Shown: positions 11,125-19,794 of the stretch, piece by piece
How the letters are laid out: each line of letters begins with the position of its first letter
Numbering within the stretch: the first letter of the stretch is position 1
From: Actinomycetota bacterium
GTDB taxonomy: Bacteria; Actinomycetota; Acidimicrobiia; Acidimicrobiales; JACCXE01
Assembly (NCBI GenBank): GCA_041166285.1
Contig: JBEEFR010000134.1
Location: 1-53,008 of the forward strand
Length of the DNA stretch: 53,008 nucleotides
Direction: 5' to 3'
Program-made: the position numbers and the translations under genes
The notes under the pieces: model-generated
The model's database searches: none
What the model saw: only the letters and a program-made list of their open reading frames with translations
What the model was told of the DNA's origin: nothing

Positions 11125-11773
11125 GAGATTCCTCTGCCCCGTCGACGTAGACGGTGGCGGCGCCGGCACCGAGTACTGACCACTCGCCTTTCGGTGAGCG
11201 CACCGCGGCGGTCGCGTCGTCGACGGCGACGAGCGGGAGTCCCTTCGTCGCCAGCTGGATCGTGCGGCGCTTGGTCTCGTCGTGCCAGTCCTGGGTCTTG
11301 GTCATCGCCGCCAGCGACGGGATCAGGCCGAGCCCGAGCGTAAATGCTCCCCCGCGGGGGTCCACCATCGGGTCGCCGAGCACCATCGCGCCGGCGCCCG
11401 TCCCGGCAACTGCGGTGCCGCCGTTCCACGCTTCGACGAGCGCGTCCCACCACGGCGTGTCCTTGAACACGGAGCGCATGTGCAGCGGAGAACCATCGCC
11501 GAAGTAGACGAGGGTGGCGGCGCGAACGGCTTTCACGTTGGCCTTGTCCGTGGCCGCCGTGCGGCCGTACACGTTCGCCGCTTTGACCTTCACGCCGAGT
11601 TCGCCGAAGTACTCGGTGGCGGCGGCGACGACGTTCTGCGGCTGCTCGTAGGCCGCGGCGGTCGGCACGACGAGAACGTCCTTCGCACCCGACTCCTTGA
11701 TCAGCAGTTCGTCGACGGGGCGCGTGCCGTCGGTCCACTCGTGTCCGCCGACCAACGCCAACCAACCTGTCAT
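11108..11773 (-). CDS. Peptidase S51/cyanophycinase-like protein, nucleophile position apparently Gly
   Basis: 221-aa ORF with a type 1 glutamine amidotransferase-like/S51 pattern. The elbow reads GTGAGA (Gly126) where GTSAGA-type Ser is expected. ATGA overlap with the upstream gene. Confidence 0.6.
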   Translation of the reverse strand: MTGWLALVGGHEWTDGTRPVDELLIKESGAKDVLVVPTAAAYEQPQNVVAAATEYFGELGVKVKAANVYGRTAATDKANVKAVRAATLVYFGDGSPLHMRSVFKDTPWWDALVEAWNGGTAVAGTGAGAMVLGDPMVDPRGGAFTLGLGLIPSLAAMTKTQDWHDETKRRTIQLATKGLPLVAVDDATAAVRSPKGEWSVLGAGAATVYVDGAEESLTRLP

Positions 11774-12240
11774 TTCGTCGCCACTCCATCACGAACCTTG
11801 CGGATTGCCACAGCTGATACTGCATGACGCACGAGGGGTGTCGCGCCATCGACGGTGAAGCGGTCGCAATCCGTGACGGCGAACCCGTTTTGCCGCAGCA
11901 GGTCGACGACGTCGCGATTGAGACGGCACCGGCCAGCGGCGCGCCGCCACAGGGGCGCCGCCGCGTCCTGCACACGCCCGCGCCAGCCCGTCGACCGCAC
12001 GTGTTCGAGCACGAGCAGCTGCCCGTCGGGCTTCAGCAGCTCGGCCACGCGCAGCAGCGTCGAATACACGTCGTCCACGGTGCACAGCTGAAACACCGAG
12101 ACGATGGTGTCGTACGAGTGCAACTCGAGCTCGGCGCTCGTCGCCCAGTCCTTCTGCTCGGCGATCTCGAGAACGCGGCCGCGTGCCCGCGCCAGCAGCC
12201 GCTCGCGTTGCACGTCAGCGTGGAGTCCAGGGTGTCGCAC
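11770..12240 (-). CDS. Class I SAM-methyltransferase-like protein lacking motif I
   Basis: 156-aa ORF with a GTG start. SYDTIVSVFQLCTV, LLKPDGQLLVLEH and RLNRD match type-11 methyltransferase post-I motifs. No GxGxG loop follows GRVLEI. Confidence 0.6.
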   Translation of the reverse strand: MRHPGLHADVQRERLLARARGRVLEIAEQKDWATSAELELHSYDTIVSVFQLCTVDDVYSTLLRVAELLKPDGQLLVLEHVRSTGWRGRVQDAAAPLWRRAAGRCRLNRDVVDLLRQNGFAVTDCDRFTVDGATPLVRHAVSAVAIRKVRDGVATK

Positions 12241-12246
12241 AGGGGG

Positions 12247-12252
12247 AAGCTA
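12247..12252 (-). promoter_or_regulatory. Candidate -10 box (TAGCTT) for a leaderless transcript
   Basis: On the minus strand TAGCTT ends 6 nt before GTG 12240. Confidence 0.35.
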
Positions 12253-12278
12253 GCTACCGCCGAGTAACCTCTGGCGCC

Positions 12279-13127
12279 ATGACGATCAAGCGTGTCGGTG
12301 TTGTCGGTTCCGGAATCATGGGCTCAGGCGTGGCCGAAGTCGCCGCGAAGGCGGGCCACGAAGTCATCCTGCGCAGCCGCAAGCAGGAGACGGCCGACGC
12401 CATGGTCGCCGCGCTCGAGAAGTCGCTGGCGAAGCAGGTCGACCGCGAGAAGATCACCGCGGAGGACCGCGACGCCACCCTCGCCCGCGTGACCGCGACC
12501 TCCGAACTGACGGCGCTGAAGGACTGCGACCTCGTGCTCGAGTCGATCGTCGAAGACCTCGCCGTGAAGAAGGAGCTGTTCAACGAGCTCGACCGTGTCG
12601 TGCAGGACGGCGCCATCCTCGCCACCAACACCTCGACGCTGTCCGTCGTCGACCTCGCGATGGAGACCGGGCGTCCCGACCGCGTGTGCGGCATCCACTT
12701 CTTCAACCCGGCGACGGCGATGAAGCTCGTCGAGGTCGTGCGCCCGTTGACGGCGAGCGACGCCACGATCGAAGAGGCGTTGGCGTTCGCCACCAAGTGC
12801 GGCAAGGCGCCGGTGACGGTCAAGGACGAAGCCGGCTTCATCGTGAACGCCCTGCTGTTCCCGTACCTGAACAACGCCGTGAAGATGCTCGAGCGCGGCG
12901 TGGCGTCGCCCGAAGACATCGACGCCGCGATGCAGGGCGGTTGCAACTTCCCGATGGGACCGCTGGCGCTGCTCGACCTCGTCGGCCTCGACACGAGTCT
13001 GTCGATCCTCGACGCGCTCTACGAAGAGTTCAAAGACCCGAATTACGCGGCGGCGCCGACGCTTCGTCGTCTCGTGAGTGCACAGCAGCTCGGCCGCAAG
13101 AGCGGCCAGGGCTTCTACAGCTACTAA
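12279..13127 (+). CDS. hbd: 3-hydroxybutyryl-CoA (3-hydroxyacyl-CoA) dehydrogenase
   Basis: ATG 12279 inside track ORF 12183-13127 gives MTIKRVGVVGSGIMGSGVA (Rossmann). The remainder has a typical 3-hydroxyacyl-CoA dehydrogenase pattern. Confidence 0.9.
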   Translation: MTIKRVGVVGSGIMGSGVAEVAAKAGHEVILRSRKQETADAMVAALEKSLAKQVDREKITAEDRDATLARVTATSELTALKDCDLVLESIVEDLAVKKELFNELDRVVQDGAILATNTSTLSVVDLAMETGRPDRVCGIHFFNPATAMKLVEVVRPLTASDATIEEALAFATKCGKAPVTVKDEAGFIVNALLFPYLNNAVKMLERGVASPEDIDAAMQGGCNFPMGPLALLDLVGLDTSLSILDALYEEFKDPNYAAAPTLRRLVSAQQLGRKSGQGFYSY

Positions 13128-13139
13128 ACCGCCCCGCGC

Positions 13140-13577
13140 TTAGTGCGGGTGCTGCGCGCGGGCTTCGTCGCGCTGGCGTTCGGCGTCGGCGCGCTGCTTT
13201 TCGGCGTCGCGGCGGGCCTGTTCGGCTTGCTTGTCGGCATCGGCGCGCTGCTCTTCGGCGTCCTGACGCGACTCTTCGGCCTGCTCTTCGGCGTCCTGGC
13301 GCGCCTCGGCGGCCTGGTCCTGGGCGTCGTCGACGACACCGTCGACGTCGGGGGGTTCAGGAGCCGACGGCGGGTCGAGGTCGGGACGCGGCGTGACCGG
13401 CGTCCGCGGGATGATCGGACGCGGTGGCTCGGTGACCGTGGGGATCGTCGGCACGTGGCCGTTGGCGGCGTTTGACGCCAACATCGTCGGCGTACCGGTA
13501 GCCAGGTACACGAGGCTCATGGCGACGATGGCGCCGCCGACCCAGCCGAAATGAATACGCGTTCGAAGCCACTGCAT
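13140..13577 (-). CDS. Membrane-anchored protein with Pro-rich linker and 11-residue acidic repeats
   Basis: 145-aa ORF. TM GWVGGAIVAMSLVYLA, PxP-rich stretch, five DAExQ-type 11-mers at the C-terminus. Confidence 0.55.
   Translation of the reverse strand: MQWLRTRIHFGWVGGAIVAMSLVYLATGTPTMLASNAANGHVPTIPTVTEPPRPIIPRTPVTPRPDLDPPSAPEPPDVDGVVDDAQDQAAEARQDAEEQAEESRQDAEEQRADADKQAEQARRDAEKQRADAERQRDEARAQHPH
13164..13328 (-). repeat. 33-bp periodic intragenic repeats (11-residue units)
   Basis: DAQDQAAEARQ / DAEEQAEESRQ / DAEEQRADADK / QAEQARRDAEK / QRADAERQRDE. The plus strand shows recurring ctcttcggcgtcct-like units. Confidence 0.6.
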
Positions 13578-13600
13578 GGCGGCGAACAGTAGTAGCGGGG

Positions 13601-14095
13601 TCAGTCGGAGGTCGAAGAGGACGCCGACGCCGACGAGTTCGCCGAGCGCGATTGGGCGTCCGCAGACTGCTGATCAGCGCGGTTGCGGGCCTCGTCGGCC
13701 TGCGCGCGGGCTTGTTCGACGGCTTGTTCCGCCTTCAAGCGGGCGGCGTCGATCTGCGCCTGTGCGCGTGCGCGGGCGGCGTCGACGAGGGCCTTGGCCC
13801 GCGCCCGTGCGCCGGCGTTCGGATCGACGGCCGGGGCCGCGGTCTTCGCGGACAGCGCGTTCGGAGCCGCCAGGGGCGCCGCGGTTTTGGCGCCGTCGCC
13901 GACGACGACCTTCGATTCGCTGTGGCCGACGCCGAACTCGACGTTGCCGCCGGTGTTCTCGACGGCGATGCCGGGGCCGCTCGCGGCCGCAGTTCCAGTA
14001 GTGACAGCTGCATCGGCTTCAAGCGCGGCCAACGGGGAAGCCGCTACCGCGGCCACCGCCATCGCCCGCAAGATCAGCCCTGACCGGCATCGCAT
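13601..14095 (-). CDS. Secreted protein with Ala/Gln/Arg-rich helical tail
   Basis: 164-aa ORF. Signal-like N-terminus, then ARARAKALVDAARARAQAQIDAARLKAEQAVEQARAQADEAR and a Ser-rich end. Confidence 0.55.
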   Translation of the reverse strand: MRCRSGLILRAMAVAAVAASPLAALEADAAVTTGTAAASGPGIAVENTGGNVEFGVGHSESKVVVGDGAKTAAPLAAPNALSAKTAAPAVDPNAGARARAKALVDAARARAQAQIDAARLKAEQAVEQARAQADEARNRADQQSADAQSRSANSSASASSSTSD

Positions 14096-14102
14096 ACGGC
14101 GA

Positions 14103-14108
14103 AGCGTA
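14103..14108 (-). promoter_or_regulatory. Candidate -10 box (TACGCT)
   Basis: On the minus strand TACGCT ends 7 nt before ATG 14095. Confidence 0.3.
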
Positions 14109-14124
14109 CAGAAAGTGCGACGAT

Positions 14125-16071
14125 ATGGCTATGGCCGATCGCCCCTGGGTCATGCGCACGTATTCCGGTCACTCGACGGCGAAGGCGTCGAACGAGTTGT
14201 ACCGGACGAACTTGTCCAAAGGTCAGACGGGCTTGTCCGTCGCGTTCGACCTGCCCACCCAGACCGGTTACGACCCCGACTCACCGCAGGCAGCGGGCGA
14301 AGTCGGCAAGGTGGGAGTGCCCGTCGTGCATCTCGGGCACGTCGAGCAGCTCTTCGACCAGATCCCGGTCGACGAACTGACGACGTCGATGACGATCAAC
14401 TCGCCGGCGTCGTGGTTGCTCGCCCTCTACGTCGCCAACGCACAGAACCGGGGCATCGATCCGTCCGTCCTCGGCGGCACGACCCAGAACGACATCATCA
14501 AGGAGTACCTGTCGCGGGGCACCTACATCTTCCCGCCGGAGGCCTCGCGGCGCCTGACGGTTGACACCATCGCGTACACGGTCAACCACGTGCCGCGCTG
14601 GAACCCGATCAACGTGTGCAGCTACCACCTGCAAGAAGCCGGAGCGACCCCGGTGCAAGAGCTGGCGTTCACCATGGCGACGGCGATCGGGGTGCTCGAC
14701 GCGGTGCGCGACTCGGGCCAAATCTCCCCCGACGAGTTGCCGAAGGTCGTCGAACGCATCAGCTTCTTCGTGAACGCCGGCATCCGCTTCGTCGAAGAGG
14801 TGTGCAAGATGCGCGCCTTCGGCATCCTGTGGGACCGCATCACGCGCGAGCGCTACGGCGTGGAAGACCCGAAGGCGCGTCGCTTCCGCTACGCGGTGCA
14901 GGTCAATTCGCTCGGGCTGACCGAGCAGCAGCCCGAGAACAACGTGCAGCGGATCGTGCTCGAAATGCTCGGCGTGACGTTGTCGAAGGACGCGCGCACG
15001 CGCTCGCTCCAACTGCCCGCGTGGAACGAGGCGCTCGGGCTGCCGCGTCCGTGGGACCAGCAGTGGGCCTTGCGCATGCAACAGGTGTTGGCGTTCGAAA
15101 CCGACCTGCTCGAGTACGACGACATCTTCAACGGCTCGCACGTCATCGAAGCGCGGACGGCGGAGCTGGTCGAGGCCGCGACGACCGAACTCGACGAGAT
15201 CCTGGCGTTGGGCGGCGCGTTCGAAGCGATCGAAGAGATGAAAGCGCGGCTCGTGCGCTCGCAAGCGGCGCGGGCGCGCCGCATCGAGGTGGGCGAGCAG
15301 AAGGTGATCGGTGTCAACACGTTCACCGAGACCGCGGAGTCACCGCTCGAAGGCGAGGGCGCGATCCTGCGCGTCGACCCCGCGGTCGAGGTCGCGGCGA
15401 AGGAAGAGCTCAAGGCGTGGAAGGCGCAGCGCGACAGCGCCGCGGTCGAGGCGGCGCTGGCGGAACTGAAGCGCGTCGCCGCGACCAGCGAGAACATCCT
15501 TCCGGCGACCATCGCGCTGGCGCACGCCGGCGGCACCACCGGCGAGTGGGGCGCAGCGCTGCGTGAGGTGTTCGGCGAGTACCGCGCGCCTACCGGTGTT
15601 TCGGGCGCGGTCGGCGGCCGCGGCGAAGAGATGGCGCCCACCGTCGCCAAAGTGAAAGCGCTTGTCGGCGGACCGCCGCGCTTCCTCGTCGCCAAGCCCG
15701 GCCTCGACGGCCACTCCAACGGCGCCGAGCAGGTGGCGGTGGCGGCGCGCGACGCCGGGTTCGAAGTCGTCTACCAAGGCATCCGCCTGACGCCGCAGCA
15801 GATCGCCGATGCGGCGCGCGACGAAGACGTCGACGTGATCGGCCTGTCGATCCTGTCGGGCGGCCATCTCGAACTCGTTCCCGAGGTGTTGCGGCTCCTG
15901 CGGGCGGAGGGTGTCGACGCGCCCGTCATCGTCGGCGGGATCATCCCCGACGAAGACGCGGCGAAGCTGCTCGAACACGGCGTCGCCGCGGTGTACACCC
16001 CGAAGGACTACGCCCTGTCCGAGATGATGGGCGAGGTCGTCGACCTCGTCGCCGCGCACCGCGCGTCGTAA
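14125..16071 (+). CDS. meaA: B12-dependent acyl-CoA mutase, MeaA/ethylmalonyl-CoA mutase type (fused catalytic + B12-binding domains)
   Basis: 648-aa ORF. WVMRTYSGHSTAKASNELYRTNLSKGQTGLSVAFDLPTQTGYD and NDIIKEYLSRGTYIFPP resemble MeaA/Ecm. C-terminal B12 domain with KPGLDGHSNG. Confidence 0.75.
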   Translation: MAMADRPWVMRTYSGHSTAKASNELYRTNLSKGQTGLSVAFDLPTQTGYDPDSPQAAGEVGKVGVPVVHLGHVEQLFDQIPVDELTTSMTINSPASWLLALYVANAQNRGIDPSVLGGTTQNDIIKEYLSRGTYIFPPEASRRLTVDTIAYTVNHVPRWNPINVCSYHLQEAGATPVQELAFTMATAIGVLDAVRDSGQISPDELPKVVERISFFVNAGIRFVEEVCKMRAFGILWDRITRERYGVEDPKARRFRYAVQVNSLGLTEQQPENNVQRIVLEMLGVTLSKDARTRSLQLPAWNEALGLPRPWDQQWALRMQQVLAFETDLLEYDDIFNGSHVIEARTAELVEAATTELDEILALGGAFEAIEEMKARLVRSQAARARRIEVGEQKVIGVNTFTETAESPLEGEGAILRVDPAVEVAAKEELKAWKAQRDSAAVEAALAELKRVAATSENILPATIALAHAGGTTGEWGAALREVFGEYRAPTGVSGAVGGRGEEMAPTVAKVKALVGGPPRFLVAKPGLDGHSNGAEQVAVAARDAGFEVVYQGIRLTPQQIADAARDEDVDVIGLSILSGGHLELVPEVLRLLRAEGVDAPVIVGGIIPDEDAAKLLEHGVAAVYTPKDYALSEMMGEVVDLVAAHRAS

Positions 16072-16074
16072 CCT
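16069..16074 (+). promoter_or_regulatory. Candidate -10 box (TAACCT) overlapping the mutase stop codon
   Basis: TAACCT ends 6 nt before ATG 16081. It could equally be irrelevant if the gene is co-transcribed with meaA. Confidence 0.25.
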
Positions 16075-16080
16075 GCGCCG

Positions 16081-16515
16081 ATGGCCGACCGTCGTGACCC
16101 AGCCGCCAAAGTCGTCAACCTGATCCACCGGAGCCTTTTCACCGCGACCCGCGGGAAGCTCGGCGGCAAGGTGATGAACATGGAGGCGGTCGTCTTGACA
16201 ACGACCGGCCGCAAGACGGGCGAGAAGCGCCAGACGATGTTGACGGCGCCGGTCGTCGAGGACGACAAGATCTACCTCGTCGCCTCGTGGGGCGGCGGGC
16301 CGAAGCACCCGATGTGGTTCCTCAACCTCCAGGCCGATCCCAACGTCGAGATCACGCGCAACGGCACCGACAAGAAGAAGATGGTCGGGCGCATCCTCAG
16401 CCCCGAGGAGAAGGAAGCCATCTGGCCGCGCATCACGTCGGCCTACAAGGGCTACGCCGGCTATCAGGAGAAGACCGACCGCGACATCCCGGTCATCGAG
16501 TTCACGCCGGCGTAA
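16081..16515 (+). CDS. Deazaflavin (F420)-dependent nitroreductase family protein (DUF385)
   Basis: 144-aa ORF. TTGRKTGEKRQTMLTAPVVEDDKIYLVASWGGGPKHPMWFLNL matches the DUF385 signature. Confidence 0.8.
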   Translation: MADRRDPAAKVVNLIHRSLFTATRGKLGGKVMNMEAVVLTTTGRKTGEKRQTMLTAPVVEDDKIYLVASWGGGPKHPMWFLNLQADPNVEITRNGTDKKKMVGRILSPEEKEAIWPRITSAYKGYAGYQEKTDRDIPVIEFTPA

Positions 16516-18562
16516 GCCGGGCGCGCTCGTCGCCGTGGCGCGCCTCCAGCGACATCGATGCGCCCCTGACCGTTAACCGTTCGATCTCGATCCCGTCCCA
16601 GGCATCGGGCATCACGACCGGTCGCCGGCACCACGCCTGCGGGTCGTCCGCACCGATGGCGACGCCGGGCAGCGCGTAGATCAGCGACATGAGGAACCCC
16701 GCGGCGTTGGCGAGGAACGGGCCGCTGACCGGTTGTTCGGGGAAACGGTCGCGGCGGTATTCGTGCATCACGTTGAACCGCGGCGCGCAGAACTTGGCGT
16801 AGCCCTCTTCGAACAGCCGCGTGCTCTCGGAGCGGTCGCCGACGCGTGCCGCCCACGCGCCGAGCAGCGCGGAGAGCATCGGAGCTCCGACGTACTCGTC
16901 GGCGATGTCGAGATAGAACCGCAGCGTCGCCTGCTCGGTCGCGGGATCGAGTTCGTAGCCGAGCGGGAAGATCCCCGCGAGAGCTGCTGGGGTGGCGCCC
17001 TTTTCTTCGTCGGGTGTGTAGCCGTCGTGGTCGAGCACCACGCCGTCGCGCATCGGCAGCACAAGACCGTCGGCCATTTCGCGCCACGACGCCGGTGCGT
17101 CAACGCCCACCTTCTCGGCGGCCCACAGCGCTTCGCGCAGTGCGACTGTCGACGCCATGTTGACGAAGGCGCTGTTGTCCGCGGGCTCGCTGCGTTCGGC
17201 GATCCCCATTGCCTCCTTGATCTCCCACCCGCGGTCGGTCCGCGCGGCGCGGCTGACAAGCCATTCGGCGACGCCCGACAGCACCGGCCACGCGGCGTCG
17301 CGCAGGAACGCGTCGTCGCCGGTTGCCTGCGCCACCTGCGCGAACGCGTGCGCGACGTCCGCCGACACGTGGTGCTCGTAACCCGCCGCTTCTCCAAACG
17401 CGGGCGCCGCTTCCTCACCGCGTGCCGGACTCGCTTCCCACGGGAACTGCACTCCCGTGTAGCCGCCGAGCCGCGCGTTCTCCCGCGCCGCTTCGAGGGT
17501 GCGTGACCGGAAGTCGAGCAGCGCGCGTGCGGCCGACGGTGCGGTTAAGACGAGCGGGGCAACGATGAAGGTGTCGACGTCCCACATCACGTGGCCGTAG
17601 TAGTAGTGGTAGCCGTACCACTGCGCGAGGCCGAACGGGTGGGAACTCAGCGAGCCGGCGTGCGTCGAGGTGTGGAGGTAGAAAAACGCCGCGTCTGCCA
17701 TCTCTTGCCAGCGGCGGTCGGCGCCCGTCAGCACGATCCGCCCCTTCCAGAGGTCGGACCATGCCGAGCGGTTGTCGGCTCGGATGCGGTCGAAGCCCGC
17801 GCGGCGCGCGCCGGCGGCAAGGCGGACGGCTTGGCGGTGCGGCTGCGCGTGGTTGGTGCTCGGCACGATCGCCGTCACCTGTCGGACGGTGAAGGGCTCG
17901 TGGGCGTCGAGGTCGGTCTCGTACGTCGTGCGCAGCGGCTGGTCGCGGTTCTCGTCGCGCGTGCGCTTCGCCAACGGGTTCGAGCACTCCGTCCAGAACG
18001 CCATGCCGCACGTGGCGAGCTCGCCGAGCGTCGCCCACAACATGACGCCGTCGAGCACGTCGTCGCTCGCGCCCGGCACCGACGTGTCGCGGTGGAACCA
18101 TCGGCCGGGTACGCCGGTCGTGTCGATGCCGGCTGCGAGCTGCACGTGCGCCGGACGGTCCGTCGTGATTGTGACCTCCTGCACGACAACCGACGGATGC
18201 GTGCGCGAGCACAGCGTGACGACCTCGACGCGAACGTCGACGTCGCCGGCGCGCACCGCGAAGCGCGACGTGAGTTCCCCGCAGGAGAAGTCGTAGCGTT
18301 GCTCCATCCCGCGGACGGCGCCAGCGTGATGCGACAAGCGGAAGTCGTCGACCTGTAGGTCGCCCGCGAGCGGATACGGGATCTCGGGAACGCAGGCCAC
18401 CCCGAACTCTGGGTCTTCACCTTCGAGTCCGCTCAGCGTCGCGTAGCCCGCTCGCAGTGGCACGTCGCGCACGCGCAGGCCGATGACGCCGTTGCTGACG
18501 TATGCGGGCAGAAAGTCGCCGTCGGGTTCGGTAACCGGGGCGGGACTTAGGGGTGACGACAC
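16502..18562 (-). CDS. Glycoside hydrolase family 65-like (six-hairpin) protein
   Basis: 686-aa ORF with a GTG start. GHVMWDVDTF ... GVQFPWEASPARGEE resembles the GH65 catalytic region. Confidence 0.6.
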   Translation of the reverse strand: MSSPLSPAPVTEPDGDFLPAYVSNGVIGLRVRDVPLRAGYATLSGLEGEDPEFGVACVPEIPYPLAGDLQVDDFRLSHHAGAVRGMEQRYDFSCGELTSRFAVRAGDVDVRVEVVTLCSRTHPSVVVQEVTITTDRPAHVQLAAGIDTTGVPGRWFHRDTSVPGASDDVLDGVMLWATLGELATCGMAFWTECSNPLAKRTRDENRDQPLRTTYETDLDAHEPFTVRQVTAIVPSTNHAQPHRQAVRLAAGARRAGFDRIRADNRSAWSDLWKGRIVLTGADRRWQEMADAAFFYLHTSTHAGSLSSHPFGLAQWYGYHYYYGHVMWDVDTFIVAPLVLTAPSAARALLDFRSRTLEAARENARLGGYTGVQFPWEASPARGEEAAPAFGEAAGYEHHVSADVAHAFAQVAQATGDDAFLRDAAWPVLSGVAEWLVSRAARTDRGWEIKEAMGIAERSEPADNSAFVNMASTVALREALWAAEKVGVDAPASWREMADGLVLPMRDGVVLDHDGYTPDEEKGATPAALAGIFPLGYELDPATEQATLRFYLDIADEYVGAPMLSALLGAWAARVGDRSESTRLFEEGYAKFCAPRFNVMHEYRRDRFPEQPVSGPFLANAAGFLMSLIYALPGVAIGADDPQAWCRRPVVMPDAWDGIEIERLTVRGASMSLEARHGDERARLTPA

Positions 18563-18596
18563 GTAGTGACGCGTGCCCCCAATGGCGCGGCGCTAG

Positions 18597-19595
18597 TCAG
18601 CAGACGACAAAGCAGCGATCCTTCATCTCCCCGAAGGAGTACTGCGGGTAGAGCCCGCCGAACATCTCGCGAGTGCGTTCGGTCCACGCCAGCGCCTCGG
18701 GCGACGACATGCGGTGCATCACCTGCAGGATGCCGCCCTCGAACACGCGGTATTCCGCCCACGCACCGGGGAAGTCCTTCGTGGCCGACACCTCGACCCA
18801 CGGAACGTCGCCCGTCGCAGCAATGGAGCGGACGCGGTTGCGGTGCGTGTGACCGGCGAAGTAGCCGCGCAGGTTCGGGCGCCGCGTGAACACCTCGATC
18901 AACTTGTCGGAGTCGTCAGGCGAGATTCCGAAGTACGTGGGCTCCCGCTTTTTCGACGCCGGCGACCACACGTGGTGGTGGCCGAGTACGAGCACGGGCT
19001 GATCAGTGCGCGCTGCGAGGTCGTCGAGCCACGCCAGCTGCTCGGCCGTCACTTGGCCGGTCGTGTGCCGCGGGATCACGGTGTCGAGCAATGCGACGGC
19101 GACGCCCGGCAACGCGATCTCGGTAGGGCCTTCGGGGGCGATGTCGTCGTGGTACGCATCGTGGTTGCCGCGGACGTGGACGAGCTTGTCCCCGAACGCC
19201 TTGCCGTAACAGGCGACGAACATCTCGTACTCGTCCGGCGTGCCGTTCGCCGTGAGGTCGCCCTTGGCGACCACCGCGGCGGGATCGATGGCGCGGATCT
19301 CGTCGACCGCGGCGTTGTTCATCGTCTCCGGGTACGGCGGCTCACCTTCGGCGACCGACAGGATCGGGCCGATGTCCATGCCTTCGATGATTCCGCACTC
19401 GGTCTCGCCGAAGTGCACGTCGTTCACGGTCGCGAAGCGGCACAGCAACTCACCGCCGGGGCGCGGCAGCGTGCGACCGGCGACGCCGTCGAACTCGAAC
19501 GCGCTGTCGGGTGCGAGGTCCTCGTAGCGGTGAACCTCGGTGCCGTCGAAGACGACGGCAGTGCTTTCCGAAACGGTCGTTAACTCGGGCGCCAT
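18597..19595 (-). CDS. Metallophosphoesterase
   Basis: 332-aa ORF. Calcineurin-like motifs NDVHFG, GDLTANG, GNHD, GHHH, GHTHRN. Confidence 0.8.
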   Translation of the reverse strand: MAPELTTVSESTAVVFDGTEVHRYEDLAPDSAFEFDGVAGRTLPRPGGELLCRFATVNDVHFGETECGIIEGMDIGPILSVAEGEPPYPETMNNAAVDEIRAIDPAAVVAKGDLTANGTPDEYEMFVACYGKAFGDKLVHVRGNHDAYHDDIAPEGPTEIALPGVAVALLDTVIPRHTTGQVTAEQLAWLDDLAARTDQPVLVLGHHHVWSPASKKREPTYFGISPDDSDKLIEVFTRRPNLRGYFAGHTHRNRVRSIAATGDVPWVEVSATKDFPGAWAEYRVFEGGILQVMHRMSSPEALAWTERTREMFGGLYPQYSFGEMKDRCFVVC

Positions 19596-19608
19596 GTGAG
19601 GCGCGACC

Positions 19609-19794
19609 TTAGAACCGCGGCCGGGACCGGTTCGCCGCGATGGGCGCGTTCCAGTGGCGCCCGGAGAAGCGCCAAGACGGCGACTCGTCGTCGCGGCGGC
19701 GCGGTCCCGTCGCCACCACCACGCGGGGCCGCAGCGCCTCGACGGCGGCGACGATGATCGCCATCACTTCTTCCGGAGGACCGGACGTCGGCAT
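19609..19794 (-). CDS. Acyl-CoA carboxylase epsilon subunit (candidate)
   Basis: 61-codon reading frame (MPTSGPPEEVMAIIVAAVEALRPR...) at the tail of track ORF 19609-20433. Its ATG overlaps the pccB stop (TAATG). Position and composition fit epsilon subunits. Confidence 0.55.
   Translation of the reverse strand: MPTSGPPEEVMAIIVAAVEALRPRVVVATGPRRRDDESPSWRFSGRHWNAPIAANRSRPRF

Noticed and set aside
14096-14124. Possible cobalamin riboswitch ahead of the B12-dependent mutase, and a lysine riboswitch ahead of lysC (9704-9774)
   Set aside because: The gaps are only 29 nt and 71 nt, too short for either aptamer, and I saw no conserved riboswitch core sequences.
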